NCBI GenBank assembly: GCA_963801355.1
Contig: CAWDEM010000008.1
Span: forward strand, 448,001 to 512,000
DNA: 64,000 nt
Direction of reading: 5' to 3'
Source: Ignavibacteriota bacterium
Lineage (GTDB): Bacteria > Bacteroidota > Ignavibacteria > UBA10030 > UBA6906
Numbering within the stretch: position 1 is the stretch's first letter; each line of letters opens with the position of its first letter. Shown here in pieces: positions 41,328 through 50,570 of this stretch. The notes beneath the pieces were generated by a model that searched no databases, was not told the origin of the DNA, and saw only the letters and a list, made by a program, of their open reading frames with translations. The position numbers were made by a program, and so were the translations under genes.

Positions 41328-41468
41328 ATTCTTGGGAGCCTTGAGTCGATCTAGACTCCTGGGGAGCTTCAATGAACTTCTCAGTCATGGGGACCTTCAA
41401 TGAACTTCTCACTCTTGGGGAACTTTAATAAATTCCTCACTCATGGCGAACTTCAATGAATCCCTTCA
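41328..41468. repeat. 28-bp tandem repeat array (4 clear copies plus 1 degenerate)
   Basis: CTCCTGGGGAGCTTCAATGAACTTCTCA (41356), GTCATGGGGACCTTCAATGAACTTCTCA (41384), CTCTTGGGGAACTTTAATAAATTCCTCA (41412), CTCATGGCGAACTTCAATGAATCCCTTCA (41440); degenerate unit at 41328. Confidence 0.9.
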
Positions 41469-42041
41469 CTCATGGGGAGGCTTGAAGCACTTCCTGCAGC
41501 GGGCTTCGTAGGAATCCATTGCTCCAACCATGACCCTCTCGTTCCCCTTTGTGATACGCTGGGTCCTGTCGGCGGGGTTTCCACAGACCACGCAGATCGC
41601 GAGGGTTTTCGTGATGTACTCGGCGATGGCGAGCAGCTGTGGAATTGGTTCGAACGGCTTTCCGCGATAGTCCTGGTCCAGACCGGCGATTATCACCCTT
41701 TTACCTTCGTTCGCGAGCCGATCTGCCACGTCCACAAGCGTCATGTCGAAGAATTGGGCCTCATCGATTCCAACGACCTGGGCGGTTCCGGCTGCCGTTA
41801 GAATTTCCTCCGGTTTCTGCACAACGAGCGAAGGAATCTTCAGTTCGCTGTGAGAGACGATATGATCGTTGCTGTAACGCGTGTCAATCTTGGGTTTAAA
41901 AATGGCAACTTCCTGTCGTGCGATTTGCGCGCGCCGGAGACGACGGATGAGTTCCTCGGTCTTTCCGCTGAACATGCAGCCGGCGATCACTTCAATCCAT
42001 CCGGTCTTGGTCGGGGAGTCGTGCTGGGTAGGGAAGGTCAT
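41466..42041 (-). CDS. tdk: Thymidine kinase
   Basis: [19 protein letters not shown]; Zn ligands CVVC and CRKC. Confidence 0.97.
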   Translation of the reverse strand: MTFPTQHDSPTKTGWIEVIAGCMFSGKTEELIRRLRRAQIARQEVAIFKPKIDTRYSNDHIVSHSELKIPSLVVQKPEEILTAAGTAQVVGIDEAQFFDMTLVDVADRLANEGKRVIIAGLDQDYRGKPFEPIPQLLAIAEYITKTLAICVVCGNPADRTQRITKGNERVMVGAMDSYEARCRKCFKPPHE

Positions 42042-42451
42042 GGCTTCTTGCGTCTGGTCTTTTTGAGGTTCTTGCCCTCGAACGGGTGGGGCAGGAGGTC
42101 GCGCACTTTTATCACCCGGCGGCTGCCATCCTTCTTTGTCAGCACAACGTCAACATTGCCGGCCAGCTCCAGGATCACCTGCCTGCAGGCGCCGCAGGGG
42201 GGGGTAAAAGAATCTTCATCGGAAGCAATCGCTATGGCTTTGAAGGAGTGTTCACCATCGGAGACCGCCTTGAAAAGGGCAGTACGCTCGGCACAAATGG
42301 TGAGTCCGTATGAGCTGTTTTCAACATTGCAGCCTGTGAATATCCTGCCGTCAGTAGTCAGCAGTGCGGCGCCCACACGGAACCGCGAGTATGGAGAATA
42401 CGAATTGCGTTTTGCTTTGCCGGCCCTCGAGGCTAATTCCGCGTAATCCAT
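42038..42451 (-). CDS. cdd: Cytidine deaminase (homotetrameric type)
   Basis: YSPYS.F.VGAA, G.NVEN, CAER, PCGACRQ. Confidence 0.97.
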   Translation of the reverse strand: MDYAELASRAGKAKRNSYSPYSRFRVGAALLTTDGRIFTGCNVENSSYGLTICAERTALFKAVSDGEHSFKAIAIASDEDSFTPPCGACRQVILELAGNVDVVLTKKDGSRRVIKVRDLLPHPFEGKNLKKTRRKKP

Positions 42452-42499
42452 TCGGCTCCGTCAGGGTGAGCAGTGTCGGATATGTGCGCTGGTTTCCGG

Positions 42500-42528
42500 A
42501 ATATAGCCATTCGCTGCAGCAGTTGCAA
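42500..42528 (-). promoter_or_regulatory. Putative sigma70 promoter of cdd-tdk
   Basis: Minus strand TTGCAA-17 bp-TATATT. Confidence 0.55.
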
Positions 42529-42534
42529 ATTCAA

Positions 42535-42592
42535 TGCATTAGGACGGGTGCATTAGGACGGGTGCAGATCAGGCCGAGTGCAGCAGGCCGAC
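42535..42592. repeat. 14-bp tandem duplication plus two decayed copies
   Basis: TGCATTAGGACGGG x2, then TGCAGATCAGGCCGAG and TGCAGCAGGCCGAC. Confidence 0.7.
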
Positions 42593-42611
42593 ACCCCCTG
42601 GGCCCGCTGCG

Positions 42612-43844
42612 TCAGGCTGGCCGCAGCACGATGCGGGTGAGTTCGGGCGGGCAGTTGATGCGCACTGGCACAGCGACAGTGCCGATTCCTCTTGACACGT
42701 ACATCTGAGCCGTTCCCAGCTGATAATGTCCGGCCACGTACATCGACGCCAGCGCCGCGGGAGTGAACAGTGTCTTGCCGAATTTTCCAAATACCAATTG
42801 GCCTCCGTGTGTATGGCCGCTCAGCATAAGGTCGACGTTTTGAGATGCTGCCTGGTTGAAGAAATACGGGCGGTGGCAGAGCAGGACTCGTGTGGTCTTT
42901 CTCGAGACACCCGCAATCGCCTTTTCCAGCTTCTTCGTGGCAAGAGCAGTTGCGCCGACATCATCAATGCCGACCAGATGAATCGCCGAGCCTTTCTTGC
43001 GCAGTATCACACCTTCATCCCGTAGCACCCGTACCCCGGCTTCACCTGCTATCCGGGCGACTGCTTCCACCTTGCCCGAATAGAAATCATGATTGCCGAG
43101 AACGCCAAAAATGCCCATCGGGGCTTTCAGCTTGCTGAAGGCTTCGGCGAACGGGTACACCTCGTCCACCGAACTATTGACCATATCCCCGCCGATTGCG
43201 ATGACGTCCGTGCCAAGGTCGTTCAAACGACGCACATATTCGTCCATATCCGCCTTGGTCATGTACACGCTCGAATGGACGTCGGTTACGAGACCGATGG
43301 CAAATCCGTTGAATGCGGGTGGGAGACCCGGAATCCGGATCTCCTGTTCGTTCACGTCGCACTCATTTCTCCCCACGATCATGCCGTAGGCCGTGCCGCC
43401 GAGGCTGACCGCCGTCAGTCCGTACACACCACGGCGAAGAAAACGACGGCGCGTTGCATCGAACTGTACTACACGCGGATTCGCAGCAATCGCAGCGGTG
43501 CGTTCGCGTGAAAAGGGAAGCCGGCGCAGTGCGCGCCAGACGGCTGCAAACGGAAGCCGCACGATCGTGCCGATCAGGAGAACAAGGGCAATGACGGCCG
43601 TCGACGAATGCCAGAAGAGGAAAGGATAAATGACCCACCGGAGAAACCAATCGGAATACGCGTAGCTGAAGACCCGCAAGAACGGTACTCCAATCAGCGC
43701 TGCATTAAAAAGAACAAAGAGTCCGACGACGGCGTAGTACGCCGTCTGGGGGAGTTTATGCAACGACCGGTGCCAGCGGCGGAATCGGTAGAAGAGAAAC
43801 ACCTGGAGCAACAACAGCATCAAAGGAAATGAATAACGCACCAT
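42612..43844 (-). CDS. Membrane-anchored metallophosphoesterase (YkuE/YaeI-like)
   Basis: N-terminal TM helices; TDVH, GGD, GNHD, LCH.P, SGHTHGGQ, SRGIG. Confidence 0.9.
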   Translation of the reverse strand: MVRYSFPLMLLLLQVFLFYRFRRWHRSLHKLPQTAYYAVVGLFVLFNAALIGVPFLRVFSYAYSDWFLRWVIYPFLFWHSSTAVIALVLLIGTIVRLPFAAVWRALRRLPFSRERTAAIAANPRVVQFDATRRRFLRRGVYGLTAVSLGGTAYGMIVGRNECDVNEQEIRIPGLPPAFNGFAIGLVTDVHSSVYMTKADMDEYVRRLNDLGTDVIAIGGDMVNSSVDEVYPFAEAFSKLKAPMGIFGVLGNHDFYSGKVEAVARIAGEAGVRVLRDEGVILRKKGSAIHLVGIDDVGATALATKKLEKAIAGVSRKTTRVLLCHRPYFFNQAASQNVDLMLSGHTHGGQLVFGKFGKTLFTPAALASMYVAGHYQLGTAQMYVSRGIGTVAVPVRINCPPELTRIVLRPA

Positions 43845-43880
43845 CAGTCAAACCTCCTTCATCAATATCTGAACTTCACC

Positions 43881-43940
43881 GGTCCGGTGCAAGGTCCGGT
43901 GCAAGGTCCGGTGCAAGGTCCGGTGCAAGGCCCGGCGCAA
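43881..43940. repeat. 12-bp VNTR in a divergent promoter region
   Basis: GGTCCGGTGCAA x4 perfect, plus GGCCCGGCGCAA. Confidence 0.95.
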
Positions 43941-43952
43941 GGCACTCCCTTC

Positions 43953-43981
43953 TTGTGGGTGAGGATTCTGTTGAGTATATT
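43953..43981 (+). promoter_or_regulatory. Putative sigma70 promoter of PASTA-rpe
   Basis: TTGTGG-17 bp-TATATT. Confidence 0.45.
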
Positions 43982-43992
43982 GGCGTACGCCC

Positions 43993-44790
43993 ATGTCGAT
44001 TCTCGATTCCACATCCCGGTTGCCCCGCCCGCTCCGGTTTCTCGGCAACCAGAAATTCCTGATCACCACCGGGAGTATCCTGGGATTGTTTCTTCTTTTG
44101 AACTACGTGGTACTTCCCGCCTATGTAAACCATGGGAGCCGGGCGACGGTTCCCAGCGTGGTGGGTATGACGTTTGAAGATGCGCAAAAAACGCTGGAAG
44201 CGGCAGGTTTGCGGGTTGTGCGCGGAGAGACCAAGACGGACCCGAAACTTGCTCCGGGCTTGGTGGTACAGCAGCTGCCTGCGGCCGAAGCGGTGGTGAA
44301 GGTCGGACGGCGTGTCTACCTGACACTCAGCGGCGGAGAACTTCAGGTCCCCGTCCCGTCGCTGCGCGGCCGTTCCTTACGCGATGCGCGGTTTGCGCTG
44401 GAGCGGTTCGGGCTCAAGGTCGGATCGGTGCAGTACGACACTTCCGATACCTATCCAGAGAACACGATCATCTACCAATCACATCCCGCCGACACGCGGA
44501 TCTCCAAGGGTGCGGTGGTCAATATCATCGTAAGCAAGGGAAGAGTCATCACCAACGCCCTGGTGCCCCTGGTTGTCGGCAAGACGTTGAAGGAAGCCGA
44601 AACAATCCTGGCTGCCGCCGGGTTGAAGGTGGGGAACATCACCTACCAGCAGAGCTATGATCTCGTGCCGAACACTGTGGTGGATCAGTATCCCCGCCAG
44701 GGCGAAACCGCGCCACCCGGACGCACGGTGGACCTGTTCGTTATCGCGGTCGAAAGGCCGGTGGAAGAATTTGAAGTTCCTCCGAACTAA
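43993..44790 (+). CDS. PASTA domain protein (TM plus 3 PASTA domains)
   Basis: Three VPxVVG/LRG...A...L...GL...V..Q.P repeats. Confidence 0.9.
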   Translation: MSILDSTSRLPRPLRFLGNQKFLITTGSILGLFLLLNYVVLPAYVNHGSRATVPSVVGMTFEDAQKTLEAAGLRVVRGETKTDPKLAPGLVVQQLPAAEAVVKVGRRVYLTLSGGELQVPVPSLRGRSLRDARFALERFGLKVGSVQYDTSDTYPENTIIYQSHPADTRISKGAVVNIIVSKGRVITNALVPLVVGKTLKEAETILAAAGLKVGNITYQQSYDLVPNTVVDQYPRQGETAPPGRTVDLFVIAVERPVEEFEVPPN

Positions 44791-44805
44791 CAACAACGCA
44801 CGCTC

Positions 44806-45504
44806 ATGACGCTCATTGCCCCTTCGCTGCTCTCCGCCGATTTTGCGAACCTTGCCGCAGCCCTTGCGTCGGTCGAAGCCGGCGGTGCTGACTGGATTCA
44901 TCTGGACGTGATGGACGGGCATTTTGTGCCGAATCTCACCATCGGCCCTCCGGTGATCGCGGCAATCAGGAAATTCGCCCATCTTCCTCTGGACACCCAC
45001 CTGATGATTGAAGATCCCGGACGCTGGGTGGAAATCTACCGCAAGGCGGGGGCCGACATCATCACCGTGCATGCGGAAGCAACCCGGCACCTGCACCGCA
45101 CGCTCCATCAGATCAAGGAACTGGGCGCGCAGGCAGGGGTCAGTCTGAATCCCGCCACACCCGTCTCCGCGATCGAAGAAGTAGTGTCCGATGTCGACCT
45201 GGTGCTGGTGATGACCGTGAATCCCGGATTTGGCGCACAAGAATTCATTCCGAATACGCTGGGGAAGATCCGCGCAATCCGCGATCTCCTGCACCGCGTA
45301 AAGTCGGATGCACTGATCGAGGTCGATGGCGGCATTGATGACAGGACCTCGATTTCGGCGGTGCATGCGGGCGCGGGCGTGCTGGTTGCCGGCAATTACA
45401 TCTTCTCCGCACCGTCGGTGAAGGAAGGTGTGCAGACCCTGCGCGAGCGCGCGGCGGAAGGGGAACGGCGCCGCAGGACGGGCGATATCCCCCGGATGGT
45501 CTGA
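44806..45504 (+). CDS. rpe: Ribulose-phosphate 3-epimerase
   Basis: IAPSLLSADF, HLDVMDGHFVPN, MTVNPGFG, EVDGG. Confidence 0.97.
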   Translation: MTLIAPSLLSADFANLAAALASVEAGGADWIHLDVMDGHFVPNLTIGPPVIAAIRKFAHLPLDTHLMIEDPGRWVEIYRKAGADIITVHAEATRHLHRTLHQIKELGAQAGVSLNPATPVSAIEEVVSDVDLVLVMTVNPGFGAQEFIPNTLGKIRAIRDLLHRVKSDALIEVDGGIDDRTSISAVHAGAGVLVAGNYIFSAPSVKEGVQTLRERAAEGERRRRTGDIPRMV

Positions 45505-45628
45505 TACCCCTGCCTGGACGCGAAGTCAAAACTTAATCCCCCCGCACCCCCACATTTTCCTGATACATTTGCTCTCTCTCCGCGTTTCTACGCACGGATT
45601 GCGGTTCAGCATTTTCACGGAAATACTC

Positions 45629-45657
45629 TTGCTTCTTTCTCTCAGTGGCCTTATATT
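45629..45657 (+). promoter_or_regulatory. Putative sigma70 promoter of lrp-glnA
   Basis: TTGCTT-17 bp-TATATT. Confidence 0.55.
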
Positions 45658-45697
45658 TGATAAGTATGTTAAGTTAGATGCCTTAGAAACTTAGGCC

Positions 45698-46189
45698 ATG
45701 ACATTCATGAGCAATGCTCTCGACGACATCGATTTGAAAATACTCGACATTCTGCAGAAAGAGGGGCGGACCCGCAGGAATGATCTGGCCGAAGTGGTGG
45801 GTCTGTCGCTGCCCGCGGCGAGCGAGCGCCTGCGCAAGCTCGAACAAGCGAAAATGATTACCGGGTACCATGCCACGCTCGATTACAAACGCCTGGGTAA
45901 CGACATTACGGCATTCATCGTCGTCTCCGTCGATTCATCACGGCATTATGGTCAATTTATCGAGCACGCCCAGGCGGTGGACGAAATCATGGAATGCCAT
46001 GCCATTACCGGCGAAGGGACCCACCTCCTGAAAATCCGCACCTGCAACACCGCCTCGCTCGAACGATTGCTCGCCCGGATACAGGCATGGCCCGGAGTCC
46101 ACCATACACACACGAATCTCGTTCTGTCCAGCGCGAAAGAGACTTCACGCATCAAGATTTTTCATTCATCAACATCCACACGAGGGTAA
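45698..46189 (+). CDS. Lrp/AsnC family transcriptional regulator
   Basis: [22 protein letters not shown]...ER..KLE, ECHAITG. Confidence 0.95.
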   Translation: MTFMSNALDDIDLKILDILQKEGRTRRNDLAEVVGLSLPAASERLRKLEQAKMITGYHATLDYKRLGNDITAFIVVSVDSSRHYGQFIEHAQAVDEIMECHAITGEGTHLLKIRTCNTASLERLLARIQAWPGVHHTHTNLVLSSAKETSRIKIFHSSTSTRG

Positions 46190-46194
46190 CACAT

Positions 46195-47628
46195 ATGGCC
46201 AAATCTGCGGCATCGGGACCTGGTGCACACGTCTTTAAAATGATCAAAGACGAAGGCGTGACCATGGTCGACTTCAAATTCATGGATTTCCCTGGGCAGT
46301 GGCAGCACTTTTCCGTCCCGGTGGCCCAACTCAAAGAGTCTTCTTTCGAAGAAGGATTTGGCTTTGACGGCTCCAGCATCAGGGGGTGGAAAGCCATCAA
46401 TGAGAGCGACATGCTGATCGTTCCCGACGCCCGGACCGCGTTCATTGACCGTTTCATCGAGGAAAAGACCATCAGTCTGACCTGCGACGTATTTGATCCG
46501 ATCACCAAGGAAAAATACGAGCGGTGTCCGCGCAATATCGCCCAGAAGGCGGAAGCGTATCTTGCCTCCACCGGAATCGCCGACACCGCCTACTTCGGTG
46601 CTGAGGCGGAGTTCTTCATCCTGGATGACGTGCGCTTCGATACGAACGAGCACGCCAGCTTCTACTATGTCGATTCGGTTGAAGGGCGCTGGAACTCGGG
46701 TCGCGAAGAAATGCCGAACCTGGGGTATAAGCCGCGCTACAAGGAGGGCTACTTCCCGGTTCCGCCCACTGATCAATTGCAGGATCTGCGGAATGAGATG
46801 ACCAAAAATCTTCTCGGCGTGGGGCTCCATGTGGAGGCACAGCATCATGAGGTGGCGACGGCGGGACAGTCGGAAATCGATCTCCGGTTTGCCCCGTTGC
46901 TTGAAAGTGCCGATGCACTGCTGCTGTTCAAGTACGTTGTGAAGAATACCGCACGGCTGCGCGGGCGGACCGTCACGTTCATGCCCAAGCCGATTTTCGG
47001 CGACAACGGTTCCGGGATGCATGTGCACCTTTCGCTCTGGAAGGGCGGGAAACCGCTGTTCTTCGGCAACCGCTATGCGAACCTCAGCGATATGGCGCTT
47101 CATTTCATCGGGGGCCTCCTGAAGCATGCACCTGCGTTGTGCGCGATCACGAACCCCACCACGAATTCCTATAAACGGCTTGTGCCGGGATTCGAAGCGC
47201 CGGTAAATCTCGCCTATTCCCAGCGCAACCGGAGTGCGTCCGTCCGCATCCCCATGTATTCGCAAAACCCGAAAGCCAAACGTGTCGAGTACCGGTGCCC
47301 TGATCCCAGCTGCAATCCCTATCTTGCGTTCAGCGCGTTGATGATGGCGGGACTGGACGGCGTGATGAACAAGCTCGACCCGGGTGAGCCGCTGGACAAG
47401 GACATTTACGACATGGAGCCGGAGGAGCTCAAAAATGTGCCCACGACCCCGGGCTCACTTGATGAGGCCCTGCACGCCCTCGAGCGGGACCATGATTTCC
47501 TGCTGCGGGGCGACGTGTTCACGGAGGACGTGATCAACGCCTGGATCGAGTACAAGCTGGATAAGGAAGTGAAGCCGATGGCCTTGCGTCCCCATCCGTA
47601 CGAATTCGCACTGTACTACGACGTTTGA
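46195..47628 (+). CDS. glnA: Glutamine synthetase type I (GSI-beta, adenylylation Tyr present)
   Basis: [39 protein letters not shown]; DKDIYD; ATG at 46195. Confidence 0.98.
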   Translation: MAKSAASGPGAHVFKMIKDEGVTMVDFKFMDFPGQWQHFSVPVAQLKESSFEEGFGFDGSSIRGWKAINESDMLIVPDARTAFIDRFIEEKTISLTCDVFDPITKEKYERCPRNIAQKAEAYLASTGIADTAYFGAEAEFFILDDVRFDTNEHASFYYVDSVEGRWNSGREEMPNLGYKPRYKEGYFPVPPTDQLQDLRNEMTKNLLGVGLHVEAQHHEVATAGQSEIDLRFAPLLESADALLLFKYVVKNTARLRGRTVTFMPKPIFGDNGSGMHVHLSLWKGGKPLFFGNRYANLSDMALHFIGGLLKHAPALCAITNPTTNSYKRLVPGFEAPVNLAYSQRNRSASVRIPMYSQNPKAKRVEYRCPDPSCNPYLAFSALMMAGLDGVMNKLDPGEPLDKDIYDMEPEELKNVPTTPGSLDEALHALERDHDFLLRGDVFTEDVINAWIEYKLDKEVKPMALRPHPYEFALYYDV

Positions 47629-47637
47629 TGTCCAACC

Positions 47638-47672
47638 GGTACCGCCTGCCGCCCATCCGCGGCGGCGGTACC
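47638..47672 (+). terminator. GC-rich hairpin after glnA
   Basis: GGTACCGCC(T)GCCGC-ccatcc-GCGGCGGCGGTACC; weak U tract. Confidence 0.55.
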
Positions 47673-47719
47673 ATCGTTCCACTCCTTGTTTTTCCGCCTT
47701 ATTCTCCCTATGTTTTCTC

Positions 47720-48502
47720 ATGGAATTCCAGAGCATCCTCTACACGGCCGCGGGGCGCGTGGCGCACATCACGCTGAACCGCGTGGAACAGCGCAATGCG
47801 CTGGATGAAGGCATGGTGAACGAACTCATCACGGCCGTGGGGATGGCGTCGCGCGACCCGGGTGTGAAGATCCTCCAGCTCACGGGTGCGGGAAAGGCAT
47901 TCTGCACAGGGCTGGATACGGCGACACTCGAACGGCTCGCTGTCGCCGATCTCGAGCAGCACCGTACCGATGCGATCCGGCTTTCGACGTTGCTGCGTGC
48001 GTTGTACGAGTCACGGAAACCCGTCATCGCCGTGGTGAACGGCCCGGCTCTCGCGGTCGGGTGCGGCATCGCGTGTGCGTGCGACTTCGTGATTGCGGCG
48101 CGCGACAGCGCACGCTTCGGCTGCCCGGATGTGCAGATGGGCGTGATGCCGGCACTCGTGATGGTCTTTCTCTGCAAGAGAGTCGGGGAGGGGAGGGCGC
48201 GTGAGCTTGTGCTGGGCGGCGACAGCGTCACCGCAACAGAAGCACACCGCATGGGACTGGCCAGTGCCGTGTGCGCGGACGACAAACTCGCGCAGGAGGC
48301 AGCAGCGCTGACCGACACGCTGCTCCGGCGGAACAGCGGTACCGCGATGGCGATGACAAAGGAGCTGCTCGGGAAACTTGCGGGGATGAATATGCCCGAT
48401 GCCATGGACTTCGCGACGAACATGAGTGCGGCGTCGGGCATGACCGCTGAGGGCAAACGCGGCGTGCAGGAACATCTGAGCAAGCAACAGCCTGAATGGT
48501 GA
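47720..48502 (+). CDS. Crotonase superfamily protein (methylglutaconyl-CoA hydratase-like)
   Basis: ITLNR..QRNAL, TGAGKAFC.G.D, KPVIA.VNG, CDFVIA. Confidence 0.85.
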   Translation: MEFQSILYTAAGRVAHITLNRVEQRNALDEGMVNELITAVGMASRDPGVKILQLTGAGKAFCTGLDTATLERLAVADLEQHRTDAIRLSTLLRALYESRKPVIAVVNGPALAVGCGIACACDFVIAARDSARFGCPDVQMGVMPALVMVFLCKRVGEGRARELVLGGDSVTATEAHRMGLASAVCADDKLAQEAAALTDTLLRRNSGTAMAMTKELLGKLAGMNMPDAMDFATNMSAASGMTAEGKRGVQEHLSKQQPEW

Positions 48503-48507
48503 TCGCG

Positions 48508-49035
48508 ATGCACGAAGAGCTCTTGCACACAATCCGCAGCGTTCCCGATTTCCCCAAAAAGGGAATTGTCTTCCGCGACATCACCACTCTCCTGAAAGAC
48601 CCTTCGGCGTTCGCGCGGGCATCCGACATTCTGTACGAACACTACATGCGTGAGCGCATAGACAAAGTGGTGAGCGTGGAATCACGCGGGTACATCCTCG
48701 GCGCGGTGCTTGCCTACCGGCTGAACGCGGGGTTCGTGCCGATCCGCAAACCCGGCAAGCTTCCCGCGAAGACCCTCCGGGAAGAATATACGCTTGAATA
48801 CGGCAAGGACGCGGTGGAAATGCACGCGGATGCAATCCGCCGCGGCGAACGGATCCTCCTTCATGATGACCTTCTCGCCACCGGCGGTACGATGACTGCG
48901 GCGTGCCGCCTGGTCGAACGAGCGGGAGGTGTTATCGCCTCCATCAGCTTTCTTATCGAACTGAGTTTTCTCAACGGGCGGCAGAAGCTGGGAGACTATG
49001 ATGTCTTCAGCATCATCCGCTATGATAGTGAGTGA
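48508..49035 (+). CDS. apt: Adenine phosphoribosyltransferase
   Basis: PDFPKKGIVFRDI, ESRG, RKPGKLP, Y.LEYG, DDLLATGGT. Confidence 0.97.
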   Translation: MHEELLHTIRSVPDFPKKGIVFRDITTLLKDPSAFARASDILYEHYMRERIDKVVSVESRGYILGAVLAYRLNAGFVPIRKPGKLPAKTLREEYTLEYGKDAVEMHADAIRRGERILLHDDLLATGGTMTAACRLVERAGGVIASISFLIELSFLNGRQKLGDYDVFSIIRYDSE

Positions 49036-49052
49036 CCGACAGTCGGGATGAG

Positions 49053-49086
49053 ACGACCGGCGCCGGGCGACCCCGGCGCCGGTCGT
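49053..49086. repeat. Perfect 15-bp inverted repeat between apt and tnaA
   Basis: ACGACCGGCGCCGGG-cgac-CCCGGCGCCGGTCGT. Confidence 0.9.
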
Positions 49087-49151
49087 GCGTATATACCCAT
49101 GTCGTGCCGCCGCCATCCTCCACAATGCGATCACGTTCACCGGGCAGTGCC

Positions 49152-50525
49152 ATGAAGACCATCATCGAACCGTTTAAGATCAAATCCGTCGAACCCATTC
49201 TGTTTACCACCGTAGCGCAACGGGAAGAGGTCTTGCGGCGCAGCCACTATAACCCCTTCCTGATACCGGCGGCGGAGGTGCTGATCGATCTGCTCACCGA
49301 CAGCGGCACTTCGGCCATGAGCGCGGAGCAATGGGCGGGGATCATGCGGGGCGACGAATCGTATGCGGGGGCCCGATCGTTCTACCGGTTCGAATCGTGC
49401 GTCCGCGATCTTACGGGGATGACGCACATCATACCGACCCACCAGGGGAGGGCGGCGGAGAGGATTCTGTTTGCCATCGTCGGAGGGGCCGGGAAGGTGA
49501 TTCCCAACAACTCGCATTTCGATACAACACGTGCAAACGTGGAATATTCCGGAGCGGAAGCGGTGGACCTGCTCTGTGCGGAAGGGAAGGATCCCGATGT
49601 CATCGCCCCGTTCAAAGGGAACATGGACGTGGAGGCGCTCCGGCAGCTCATCGTCAGAGTCGGCGCCGCGCACATTCCACTCTGTATGCTGACCATCACA
49701 AACAATTCCGGCGGCGGACAACCTGTGTCGCTTGAGAATATCCGGCAGGTGAAAGCAGTCTGCGCGCAGCACGGCATTCCGTTGTTCCTCGACGCTTGCC
49801 GTTTTGCCGAAAATGCATTCTTCATCAAACTCCGCGAGCCCGGGTACGCCGGCAAAAGTGTCAAATCCATCTCCCAGGAAATGTTCTCGCTCGCCGACGG
49901 TGCCACGATGAGTGCAAAGAAGGATGCTCTGGTGAATATGGGGGGCTTCCTTGCCTTGAATGACTCCACGCTCGCGGGAAATGCGCGCAACCTGCTCATT
50001 GTCACGGAAGGTTTTCCAACGTACGGCGGGCTTGCCGGGCGGGATCTGGAAGCCATCGCACAGGGCCTGGTGGAAATTCTCGACGAGCATTACCTCCGGT
50101 ACCGCCTGCGCTCTGTGGAGTACCTCGGCGAGCGATTGACCGCGGCGGGCGTACCCATCCTCCAGCCGCCCGGAGGCCACGCGATATACTTGAACGCTCG
50201 GAAGTTCCTTCCGCACGTGCCGGTCGCACAGTATCCCGGACAGGCGCTGGTGGTCGAACTCTACCGTCATGCCGGGATCCGATCAGTGGAGATCGGCAGC
50301 GTGATGTTTGGAACATATGACTCCGGCGGCCGCCTGATCCCCGCACAGATGGAGCTTGTGCGGCTGGCCATCCCGCGGCGCGTGTACACACAGAGCCACA
50401 TCGACTACGTCGTGGAGGCAGTCATCGAGGTGTTTCAGCGCCGCGACGCGCTGAAAGGCTACCGTATTGTCGAGGAACCACCTATGCTGCGCCACTTCAC
50501 TTCGAAGTTCGCTCCCGTTGTGTAA
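49152..50525 (+). CDS. tnaA: Tryptophanase
   Basis: EPFKIKSVE, IDLLTDSGT, GDESY, HQGRAAE; MSAKKD and LRHFT distinguish it from tyrosine phenol-lyase (MSGKKD/LRFFT). Confidence 0.9.
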   Translation: MKTIIEPFKIKSVEPILFTTVAQREEVLRRSHYNPFLIPAAEVLIDLLTDSGTSAMSAEQWAGIMRGDESYAGARSFYRFESCVRDLTGMTHIIPTHQGRAAERILFAIVGGAGKVIPNNSHFDTTRANVEYSGAEAVDLLCAEGKDPDVIAPFKGNMDVEALRQLIVRVGAAHIPLCMLTITNNSGGGQPVSLENIRQVKAVCAQHGIPLFLDACRFAENAFFIKLREPGYAGKSVKSISQEMFSLADGATMSAKKDALVNMGGFLALNDSTLAGNARNLLIVTEGFPTYGGLAGRDLEAIAQGLVEILDEHYLRYRLRSVEYLGERLTAAGVPILQPPGGHAIYLNARKFLPHVPVAQYPGQALVVELYRHAGIRSVEIGSVMFGTYDSGGRLIPAQMELVRLAIPRRVYTQSHIDYVVEAVIEVFQRRDALKGYRIVEEPPMLRHFTSKFAPVV

Positions 50526-50570
50526 CAGGCTGAAAATGCGTATATTATACGAATTTCGGGAAATGCTTCG

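Noticed and set aside
41328-41468. CRISPR array interpretation of the 28-bp repeats
   Set aside because: Units are contiguous with no unique spacers, and there are no cas genes in the window
41221-41468. Chromosomal oriC or plasmid origin
   Set aside because: Only one near DnaA box (TTATACGCA), no dnaA or rep gene nearby, and a dif-like site 20 kb away argues for a terminus region
43424-43460. Internal Tat-like motif TRRRFLRRG in the metallophosphoesterase
   Set aside because: Common feature of this membrane-anchored phosphoesterase family; not novel
49152-50525. Tyrosine phenol-lyase assignment
   Set aside because: MSAKKD and LRHFT residues favour tryptophanase
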